Origin: Vicinamibacteria bacterium
GTDB taxonomy: Bacteria; Acidobacteriota; Vicinamibacteria; Marinacidobacterales; Marinacidobacteraceae
Length of the DNA stretch: 64,000 nt
NCBI GenBank assembly: GCA_963422395.1
Contig: OY729431.1
Coordinates: forward strand, 1,472,001 to 1,536,000
Direction of reading: 5' to 3'
In this document: positions 40,066-47,943 of the stretch, piece by piece
Layout: each line of letters opens with the position of its first letter
Numbering within the stretch: position 1 is the stretch's first letter
Translations under genes and position numbers: made by a program
The notes under the pieces: generated by a model
Databases searched by the model: none
Told to the model about the DNA's origin: nothing
The model's input: the letters and a program-made list of their open reading frames with translations, nothing else

Positions 40066-41191
40066 CGAGGAATGGCTCCAGCGGCAGCGATTCCGGGCCG
40101 TTTTCGGTGCACACTGCGTAACTGGACCGGGCGCCCGCGTACATCGAGACCCCGGCATGCTCCCCGGCTCGGTTCACCGCATAGAACGACAGCCCGAAAT
40201 TGGGCAGGCCGCGGCTGTTCCGAAGACGCTTCTCCACGGTGTTTTCGCGAACCCGCGCGAGGGCGGTCATCGCGGCGTCCTTGGGATGGGCGCCCCGGCG
40301 CATCTCCTCGACGATGAGGAAGGAACAGAGGCCGTAGAGGTTCGCCTCACCGCGCCCCGTGGATCCCGCAGCGCCTACCTCGCCGTCCACATAGAGGCCG
40401 GCTCCGAGAATCGGGGAGTCCCCGACCCGACCGGGGATCTTCCAGGCGAGGCCGCTGGTGGTGGTTACTCCGGCGAGCTCCCCGCTCGCGTTCAGCCCGT
40501 TGCAGTTGATCGTGCCGTAGTAGTCCTCTTCGTCCATCAGTCCGTCGCGCACCATGGAAAGCCCCGCGGCGTGCCCGGCAGCGGCCCGTTTCTTCGGGTC
40601 GAGGTAGTGGCCGGGATCGATCCGGCGTTTCCATTCCAGCCACATTTCACGCGAGCGGGGAGTGTTGAGGTCGTCTTCGATCTCGAATCCCAGGTTGCGG
40701 GCGAAGGTCTGCGCCCCCTTCCCCACCAGCAGGTGATGGTCGGTCACCTGGAGGACCTGGTGGGCGACCAGCGACGGCGTGCGCACCCCCTCGATCCCGG
40801 CTACGCCGCCCGCCCGGCGGTTCGGGCCGTGCATGCAGCACGAATCGAGCTGCACCACGCCGTCGGCGTTCGGACGGCCGCCGTAGCCCACGCTGGCATC
40901 CTCGGGATCGAGCTCGACGATGTTCACTCCGGCGATCAGGCTCTCCAGGATGTCCTCACCCCCGGTCATCAGTCGGAACGCCCTCTCGACCACGACCTCG
41001 TCGCCGCCGTTCCGGTAGCGATTCCCGTTTCCCGAAGCGATCACCACCGGTTTCGGGCCGGAGGACTGGACCGCCGGTGCCCGCCGGACTCCGATCCCCA
41101 TCGCGGCGGCGCCCGCCGCTCCGGTGCGGACGAATTGTCGGCGGCTGATCTCCCGCGGGGAGGTTTTCTGCTGGCGTCGGCTCTCATCCAT
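40046..41191 (-). CDS. Tat-exported N(4)-(beta-N-acetylglucosaminyl)-L-asparaginase (Ntn hydrolase)
   Basis: SRRQFV Tat signal; SVGYGG, GTI nucleophile, TTSG, GRVGDSP, TGRGE. Confidence 0.9.
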   Translation of the reverse strand: MDESRRQQKTSPREISRRQFVRTGAAGAAAMGIGVRRAPAVQSSGPKPVVIASGNGNRYRNGGDEVVVERAFRLMTGGEDILESLIAGVNIVELDPEDASVGYGGRPNADGVVQLDSCCMHGPNRRAGGVAGIEGVRTPSLVAHQVLQVTDHHLLVGKGAQTFARNLGFEIEDDLNTPRSREMWLEWKRRIDPGHYLDPKKRAAAGHAAGLSMVRDGLMDEEDYYGTINCNGLNASGELAGVTTTSGLAWKIPGRVGDSPILGAGLYVDGEVGAAGSTGRGEANLYGLCSFLIVEEMRRGAHPKDAAMTALARVRENTVEKRLRNSRGLPNFGLSFYAVNRAGEHAGVSMYAGARSSYAVCTENGPESLPLEPFLDGSPSD

Positions 41192-41265
41192 ACCCGTTCC
41201 CTCGTTCCCGCTCCGGTCGGCCGGGTCCCACTAGCGGGAGGGCTGCCGGACCGAACCCCGAAGAG

Positions 41266-41458
41266 TAGCAGCCTGTGGACGAAGTCACACGGCCAAAGGT
41301 CGGCGATGCCCAGTTCTCCCGGTGGGGGCCCCGGCTGAACGCTTTGCTCGGTGTTGCGATTCCGTCGGAATACACCCGGTATGCCTCCCGAATCGCGCCT
41401 TGTCCGCCGGGCGCCTCCCCCATCCAGGCGCTCGACTTCCCCCTCAACAACCTGGTGA
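41266..41458 (+). mobile_element. MITE-like element, copy 1 (right end degenerate)
   Basis: Clearly homologous to the reverse complement of 45341-45534; left end TAGCAGCCTGTGGACGAAGT. Confidence 0.75.
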
Positions 41459-41579
41459 GCTTGCACATGGGCGAAATGACGCGGCGAGGTTCGCTTTCCC
41501 CGGTACGGACCAGACGCCAATGGGAACGGGGGTGCTTGCCGACGGGCGCTCGGCGACGCTGCGGGCGTACCATCCCGCG

Positions 41580-42572
41580 ATGCCGGACGAACCGACGCTC
41601 GAAGGGATCGAGGCTGCCCACGCCGCGATCCCCGGGGAGTTCCGTAACTCTCCGCAGTTCGTTTCTGCGCCTCTCGGGGCCGTAACCAGAGCACGGGTGC
41701 TGGTCAAGGTGGAGTGCGTCAATCCGATCCGCAGCTTCAAGGCGCGGGGAGCCTGTTGGTTCGCCGCTCGGCGCGGGCCGGAGGCCGGCGGTGCCCGCGG
41801 AACCGGCTGGGTGACCGGTTCGGCAGGCAATTTCGGACAGGGTCTCGCCTGGGCGGCGCGGCGCGCCGGAATCCCGCTCACGGTGTTCTCCGCAACTGGA
41901 GCGAATCCGGCGAAGGTGACAGCGATGCGGGAGTTCGGCGCCGAAGTCCGGCTGGTGGGCGGCGACTTCGATGCCGCGAAGGAGGCGGGGCGTGCTTTCG
42001 CCGAAGACCGTGGAGCCATGTTCGTCGAGGACGGACGGGAGCCGGAGATCACTGAGGGCGCGGGAACGATCGCCCTCGAATGCCTCGAGGCGGGCGTACT
42101 TCCAGAGGCCGCACTGGTGGACACCGCGCTGGTTCCGGTCGGAAACGGCGCCCTCATCGGCGGGATGGGGCTTTGGATTCGCCACGCTCGCCCGGAGATG
42201 GCGGTGGTCGGAGTGGTGGCCCGTCGGGCGCCGGTGATGCGCCGCGCTTTCGCGTCCGGAGATTGCGCCGCTGCCAGCGAAACGCCCGAAACCTGCGCCG
42301 ACGGGATCGCCGTCCGGGTTCCGGTTCCGAAAGCGGTGGAACTCATGCGGCGGGTGGTGGACGAGGTCGTGGAAGTCGGGGAAGAGGCGCTCGAGGAAGC
42401 GGTTCGCCTCCTCCACCGGACTCTCGGGCTGGTGGTCGAGCCGGCAGGTGCTGCGGGAGTGGCCGCCCTCCTCGAACATCGGGCCCGGTTTTCGGGCCGG
42501 ACCGTCCTGACCCCGCTCTGCGGCGGCAACATCGTGCAGTGCGCTCCGGACGCGGGGCGTCAGGATGCGTGA
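41580..42572 (+). CDS. PLP-dependent threonine/serine dehydratase family enzyme
   Basis: KVECVNPIRSFKARG, SAGNFGQG, PVGNG, ADGIAV, EPAGA, CGGN. Confidence 0.9.
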   Translation: MPDEPTLEGIEAAHAAIPGEFRNSPQFVSAPLGAVTRARVLVKVECVNPIRSFKARGACWFAARRGPEAGGARGTGWVTGSAGNFGQGLAWAARRAGIPLTVFSATGANPAKVTAMREFGAEVRLVGGDFDAAKEAGRAFAEDRGAMFVEDGREPEITEGAGTIALECLEAGVLPEAALVDTALVPVGNGALIGGMGLWIRHARPEMAVVGVVARRAPVMRRAFASGDCAAASETPETCADGIAVRVPVPKAVELMRRVVDEVVEVGEEALEEAVRLLHRTLGLVVEPAGAAGVAALLEHRARFSGRTVLTPLCGGNIVQCAPDAGRQDA

Positions 42573-42686
42573 GGCGTTCATGGGGGAAGGGGGAAACGCC
42601 TCGGCCGCCGCGCGCCCCACCACCGGGAGAACGGGGCCGGTCTTGGGGCTCGGTCCCTTTCTTTCATCCGTAGGCAGCTAGTCTCC

Positions 42687-44546
42687 ATGCCTTCCCAGTC
42701 CGTTCTCGGGCCGCGGGGGCCGCGGCCGGCCCGCCTCGTCGAACAGGTTCCCCTGCCCGGCCGGTCGGATGTTTCCGGCAACCGCGGCGCAGTGACCGCC
42801 ATGACCCCGGTTGCGGCCCGCACCGGGGCGGAGGTCTTGGCCGGCGGGGGGAACGCTGCCGATGCCGCGGTGGCCGCAGCGCTCGCCGCCGGCGTGGTCG
42901 AGCCGGCGATGAGCGGCCTCGGCGGTACCGCCTACGCCCTCGTCTTCGACCCGCGAATCGGAAGGGCGGTGGCGCTCGACGGGAGCGCTCGCTGCCCTCG
43001 GGCAGCGCGGGGGGGGATGTTCGAGGTGCTGCCCGGGGCGGGAAGCGGGCTCTACGGGTTTCCCCCGACGCGCGGTGACCGTGCCGAGACCGGGCCCCTC
43101 GCAGTGCTCGCGCCCACTGCCCCCGGGGTGCTCTTCGAGCTGCATCGGCGCTTCGGTCGGCTGCCGCTTCCGGTGCTGGTCGAACCGGCGATCCGGCTCG
43201 CTGAAGATGGCTTTTCGCCCGATTGGGTGTTCGCGCTCCATGCCGCCGCCGGCTATCGCCGCCTGAAGCGTTGCCCCCCGGCGTTTTCCCTCTACACCCG
43301 CGACGACGGCAGCCCCTTCGTTCCGGCGGGCGACGACGACCTGCTTCGTCTCCCCGAGCTCGCGGGGTCGCTGCGGCTTTTCGCCGCCGAGGGAGCGGAT
43401 GCCTTCGCCCGCGGCCCGGCCGCTCGCCGGATCGCCGAAGCGGTCGCCGCCGCGGGAGGCCTCCTCACCGAAGCCGACCTCGCCGTCTCGCCGGTGCGCG
43501 AAGCGGCGCCGCTGCGGTTTCGCTTTCGCGGACTGATGGTCGAGACCCTGCCGGAGAATTCGGGCGGGCCGACCCTCGCCGCCGCCCTGTACCACTTGGC
43601 GGCGTTCCCTCCGGCGGTGCTTCGGAGCTGCCTTCCGGCCGACTCCGGCACGGGGTCTTCGCCGGTTCGCGTAGAGGACGAGGTTCGCTTTCTCCACCTC
43701 GCCGGAGAGTCGCTGCGCCTCGCCTTCTCCGACCGTTTTCGCTATCTCGGCGATCCCGCGAGCGTGCCGGTCCCGCTCCCGGGGCTCCTCGATCCCGAGT
43801 ACCTCGTCCGGCGCCGGCACGGAATGTCGCCGGACGGCCCCCGGCTCGCGACGCCGCCGGAGCCGGTTCCCCCCGGCGCTAGCGAGGCCTTCGAGGGCGA
43901 ACTGCTTTCCGGCGCTCCGGCGGGCGATTGCACCACCCATCTGAACGCCATGGACGATGCCGGCATGGCGGTGGCGCTCACCGCAACCCTCGGGGGCCGC
44001 TTCGGGGCGGCTTTCACGGCCCCGGGACTGGGCTACCCTCTGAACAACGGCATGATGTGGTTCGACCCGCGGCCGGGCCGGCGCATTTCTGCGGCGCCCG
44101 GAAGGCGGGCGCTCCACGCCGCGGCGCCGGTCCTCGCCTTCGAGGATGGCATTCTCCGTGCGGCGGCGGGTTCCCCGGGAGGGCGGCGGCTCATCTCGGC
44201 AGTGGCGATGACCCTGGCCCGGCTGGTGGATCGCGGGTCTTCCATTGCAGAAGCTGCGGGGGGGCCCGGATTCCACAGGGAAGAAGGGCCACTGTTCCTC
44301 GACGAGCGAACTCCCGGCTACACTGCGGTCGCCCGCGGGCTCGAAGCGCGGGGACACGAAGTCCTCGTGCGGCGGGAGACCGCGCTGACCGGGCACTTCG
44401 GCCGAGCCAGCGGGATTCGCCGTGCCGAGCACCCTGCCGGCGTGTGTTTCGAGGCCGGCGTGGACCCGGTGCGGGCGGCCACCGCCGTCGCCCTCGTCGA
44501 AAAATATCCGGTCGAAAAGGACCCCGAATGGAGGCCGCTTCCATGA
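42687..44546 (+). CDS. gamma-glutamyltransferase family protein
   Basis: GGNAADAAVA, EP.MSGLGG, TTH nucleophile, LNNGM, GSPGG. Confidence 0.92.
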   Translation: MPSQSVLGPRGPRPARLVEQVPLPGRSDVSGNRGAVTAMTPVAARTGAEVLAGGGNAADAAVAAALAAGVVEPAMSGLGGTAYALVFDPRIGRAVALDGSARCPRAARGGMFEVLPGAGSGLYGFPPTRGDRAETGPLAVLAPTAPGVLFELHRRFGRLPLPVLVEPAIRLAEDGFSPDWVFALHAAAGYRRLKRCPPAFSLYTRDDGSPFVPAGDDDLLRLPELAGSLRLFAAEGADAFARGPAARRIAEAVAAAGGLLTEADLAVSPVREAAPLRFRFRGLMVETLPENSGGPTLAAALYHLAAFPPAVLRSCLPADSGTGSSPVRVEDEVRFLHLAGESLRLAFSDRFRYLGDPASVPVPLPGLLDPEYLVRRRHGMSPDGPRLATPPEPVPPGASEAFEGELLSGAPAGDCTTHLNAMDDAGMAVALTATLGGRFGAAFTAPGLGYPLNNGMMWFDPRPGRRISAAPGRRALHAAAPVLAFEDGILRAAAGSPGGRRLISAVAMTLARLVDRGSSIAEAAGGPGFHREEGPLFLDERTPGYTAVARGLEARGHEVLVRRETALTGHFGRASGIRRAEHPAGVCFEAGVDPVRAATAVALVEKYPVEKDPEWRPLP

Positions 44547-45310
44547 TCTCCCACTCCGCCCGCTCCGGATCTCGCCGGCTCTCGTTCGCCGGGATGCTGC
44601 TCGGCGGTTTGGCGGTGCTCCCGACGACCGGATGCGGCGGCGATGGCACCGCCCCTGCGCCTGCCCCCGCCCCACCGAGCGTACCGAAGCCCGCACCAGA
44701 TCCCGGGCCTCCGACGATGCGCTACAACTTTTCTCTGCCCGAAGTGCGGATCAGCCCGCGAGTTCCGGGGTCTCTGCCGGAGGGAGTTGCCTTCGCGCCG
44801 GCTATCGCGCTGGTGGCCCATCCGCGAGACTTCACCCCCTTCTCGCTGGGGCAGCCTGCTTCCGACGGCCTCGAAGTGCTGGCGGAGACCGGGGCATCGG
44901 AGCTCTTCCTCGAGGGAGCGAGAGCGGCTGCCATGAAGGAGATCGCCGCGAGCTTCGGCGAGCTGCTGGCGATCTTCCTCAGCCCCGACCCCTCGATCGA
45001 GATGCACCCCGACCGCCCCTGCCTCACCTACGCGCAGAGGATCGCTCCGAGCCCCGATTGGTTCATCGGCTTCTCGAATGTCTGTGCGACCGATGAGAGT
45101 GGGGCCTGGCTCGACGAGATCCGCGCGGATCTCATCGCCTACGACGCTGGAACCGCCGCCGGCGACGAGTTCGCCGACAAGGCCGAGGGCGGCGATACCG
45201 AGCCGCGAGATCCGGTGTCCCATCTCGACCGCCCCCCGCATTTCGTGCCCCCCGCCGTGGTCCAGGTGCTCCGCGCTGCCCGCAAGACCGACCCGCAAGA
45301 CCGCGAGTAG
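44543..45310 (+). CDS. spondin_N-domain lipoprotein
   Basis: Lipobox-like TTGC, Pro-rich linker, ASDGL..LAETG, PSPDWFIG, YDAGT; ATGA overlap with ggt-like gene. Confidence 0.8.
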   Translation: MISHSARSGSRRLSFAGMLLGGLAVLPTTGCGGDGTAPAPAPAPPSVPKPAPDPGPPTMRYNFSLPEVRISPRVPGSLPEGVAFAPAIALVAHPRDFTPFSLGQPASDGLEVLAETGASELFLEGARAAAMKEIAASFGELLAIFLSPDPSIEMHPDRPCLTYAQRIAPSPDWFIGFSNVCATDESGAWLDEIRADLIAYDAGTAAGDEFADKAEGGDTEPRDPVSHLDRPPHFVPPAVVQVLRAARKTDPQDRE

Positions 45311-45340
45311 CCGCGCGGCAAGAGCGAGCTCCGCGCGGCC

Positions 45341-45534
45341 TAACAGTCCGTGGATAAAGTGGCGCGAGCACCGAGACCGGGGAGGCGCCTGGCTGACAAG
45401 GCGCGAATCGGGAGGCATACCGGGCGTATTCCGACGGATTCGCAACGAAGAGCGAAGCGGTTCAGCCGGGGCCCCCACCGGGAGAACTGGGCATCGCCGG
45501 TCGACTGCCGTGTGACTTTGTCCACGGGCGGTTA
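45341..45534 (-). mobile_element. MITE-like element, copy 2, with 20-bp imperfect terminal inverted repeats
   Basis: TAACAGTCCGTGGATAAAGT ... ACTTTGTCCACGGGCGGTTA (17/20 inverted match); no transposase. Confidence 0.8.
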
Positions 45535-45640
45535 AGGTTCGACCGTTTCCCGAGGGCCTACAATCCCGCGTCTCTGGACGTGGTTTCGCTCCGGGCGCGG
45601 ACCTGGTCGAAAAAATCGTCCACAGCGAGGTGAACCGAGC

Positions 45641-46408
45641 ATGAAAAATCTCCCGACCCTGCGGAGCACTTTCCTGGCGGCGGCGTTGATCGGCGGCGTC
45701 TCCACTTTCAGCGGTTGTGGAAGCGACAATTCCACGATTCCCGCGCCGACGCCGGCGCCTCCGGCCCCGACCCCAGCTCCGCAGCCGGATCCCGAACCTC
45801 CGTCGCCGGCGGAGAAGGCGACCTTCGACATCGAGTATGTGCCGCTGATTTCGGGGAATCCCCTGTTCCAGCAGCTCGGAGCGCAGCCCTTCCCCGAAGG
45901 GGTCGCGGCCGCTGCAGAGGTCGCCATGGTCGCGCATTCCGCCGATGCGGTCCTTTGGGAGGAGGACGGCTTGGCCTCAGAGGGGCTGAAGAGCCTCGCC
46001 GAGACCGGCACCTCCAGTCTGTTGATCGCCGAGGCCTACGGGCTCGGCTACACCACCCTGGCCCAGACTTTCGAGGTGGTCACCCAGGTCATCGGTGCCG
46101 AGGAGTTGACCCTGGCGCACGATCAGCCCTGCATCAGCTTCGCCCAGAAGATCGATCCGAGCCCGGACTGGTTCCTCGGGTTCAACGCCTGTGCCGTCGA
46201 CGAGGACGGGAACTGGCTGCAGGAGATCACCATCACGGCCATCGCTTTCGACGCCGGAACGGCCGAGGGAGACGACTTCTCGCCGAAGGCCGAGGGAGCG
46301 GACAGCGACCCGCGCCAACCGATCGCCCCGCTCGAGGTCTCGGGTACGGTGTTCAGTCCGGCCCGGACGCCGCTCTCCACCATCACTGCCACCCTTCGTA
46401 CCGAATAG
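45641..46408 (+). CDS. spondin_N-domain lipoprotein (paralog)
   Basis: FSGC lipobox, ASEGL..LAETG, PSPDWFLG, FDAGT; GAGG RBS; TACAAT -10-like at 45559-45564. Confidence 0.82.
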   Translation: MKNLPTLRSTFLAAALIGGVSTFSGCGSDNSTIPAPTPAPPAPTPAPQPDPEPPSPAEKATFDIEYVPLISGNPLFQQLGAQPFPEGVAAAAEVAMVAHSADAVLWEEDGLASEGLKSLAETGTSSLLIAEAYGLGYTTLAQTFEVVTQVIGAEELTLAHDQPCISFAQKIDPSPDWFLGFNACAVDEDGNWLQEITITAIAFDAGTAEGDDFSPKAEGADSDPRQPIAPLEVSGTVFSPARTPLSTITATLRTE

Positions 46409-46469
46409 CCAGGCACACCGCGGTCGGAGTCCGCCGAATCCGGCGGTCGTGATTCCGCTCGGAGATCAC

Positions 46470-47936
46470 ATGAACTCTGATCGCGCGGATCGCTCCGAGT
46501 CGGCGGCCGCGCAGGCGCATGGCCGCCCCCGAGTGGTCATCGTGGGCGCCGGGCAGACCGGCCGGGAGCTCGCTCGGCAGCTCGCGCAGGAGCGGCGGGT
46601 GGTCGTTCTCGACACCGACCGAGCGAAGCTCGATCAGCTGTGCCCCGAAGCCGAGAGCCCGAATATCGAGACGATCGCCCGCGATGGAACGAGCGCTCTC
46701 GCTCTGCGGAGCGCCGCCGGCGAAGGCGCCGAGTGGGTGATCGCCACCACCGACCAGGATTCGGTGAACATCGAAGTCTGTCGGTTGGCCGCGGAACTCG
46801 CGCCCCGCCCCTCCGCGATCGGCACCCTGCGGGCATCGGAGCGCGCGCCGCTGCTGCGGGCCACCGGTGCCGAGAGCGTCGCCCGCCCGGTGATGATCGC
46901 GAACCAGATCCGGAACCGCATCGAACGGTCTCACCAGGTGGCGACCTCGCTCGGATTCGGGCGCGGCGAGATCCGGGAAATCCAGGTTTTGCCGACTTCT
47001 CCGGCGGTGCGGGTGCGGCTCCGGGACCTCGGCGCCCGAAAGTGGCTGGTGGCTGGGATCTATCGCGCGGACCGTTTCGTGGTGCCCCATGGCGATGCGG
47101 TGATCGAGGCCGGCGACCGCCTGCTGATCACCGGCGAACCCGAAGTCGCGCCGGGTGCCGCGGAGTTTCTGCGCGAGGGGAAATCACTCTTCCCGCTCCA
47201 GTTCGGCAGCCATCTCGTGGTCTTCGCCGAGCGAGCCCTCCCCGACCTCGCCTGGCGAGAGGCCGAGTACCTGTTCCGTACTTCCCGGGCGCGCCATTTT
47301 CGGATCGTGGCTCCCGAGGGAATCGGACCTCCGGCGGACTTCGGAATCCCGGCGCAGCAGTGCGTCCGGGTTCCGCCAGGAGACGACCCGTTCGGCGCCG
47401 CCCGCCCCGATGCCGGGTGCGTGGTGATCGGGCGGAGCGAACCCTCGCTCGCGGCCCGCATCGGATGGAACACCGCCCGCTTTCTCTCGACCGTGGCCGG
47501 ATTCTCCTGTCCCGTGCTGATTCCCGGCGGCCGCTTTCCCTGGAAGCGGCTCGTGGTTCCAGTGACCGATGTGCGCTCTACCCTTCGCGCTGCGGATACC
47601 GCGATCGGACTCGCCCGCCAGTTCCGCATTCCGCTCGCCGCCATCCTGGTGACCCCGCCGGCGTTCATCAGCGGCGGATTCGACGAAGCGGGTGATGCGG
47701 GCACCGTGCTCCCCGCCATCGAGCGGATGGCCGAGCTCTATCGCACCAGAGTGCCCATCCTCCGCGCCGAGGGGAATCCGCCGCGGCAGGTCGCCCGCCT
47801 CACCGAAGCGCGCGACCTGATCGTGCTCGGGTACGACCCGAGCCACGCCGGGTCTTTCTTCCGGCCGGACCCGGCGGTGCACATGATGATCCGCGCCCGC
47901 GCCTCGATTCTCGCCATTCCGGTCCCCACGCAGTGA
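46470..47936 (+). CDS. TrkA-N/TrkA-C (RCK) protein fused to USP-like domain(s)
   Basis: VVIVGAGQTG, ATTDQDSVN, VVPHGD.VI.AGDRL; C-terminal LVVPV...DLIVLG USP-like segment. Confidence 0.8.
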   Translation: MNSDRADRSESAAAQAHGRPRVVIVGAGQTGRELARQLAQERRVVVLDTDRAKLDQLCPEAESPNIETIARDGTSALALRSAAGEGAEWVIATTDQDSVNIEVCRLAAELAPRPSAIGTLRASERAPLLRATGAESVARPVMIANQIRNRIERSHQVATSLGFGRGEIREIQVLPTSPAVRVRLRDLGARKWLVAGIYRADRFVVPHGDAVIEAGDRLLITGEPEVAPGAAEFLREGKSLFPLQFGSHLVVFAERALPDLAWREAEYLFRTSRARHFRIVAPEGIGPPADFGIPAQQCVRVPPGDDPFGAARPDAGCVVIGRSEPSLAARIGWNTARFLSTVAGFSCPVLIPGGRFPWKRLVVPVTDVRSTLRAADTAIGLARQFRIPLAAILVTPPAFISGGFDEAGDAGTVLPAIERMAELYRTRVPILRAEGNPPRQVARLTEARDLIVLGYDPSHAGSFFRPDPAVHMMIRARASILAIPVPTQ

Positions 47937-47943
47937 CCCGCCA

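Noticed and set aside
41275-41685. Short paralogous ORFs MDEVTR.../MDKVTR... (also 45340..45525)
   Set aside because: Similarity derives from the MITE; indels break the frame between copies
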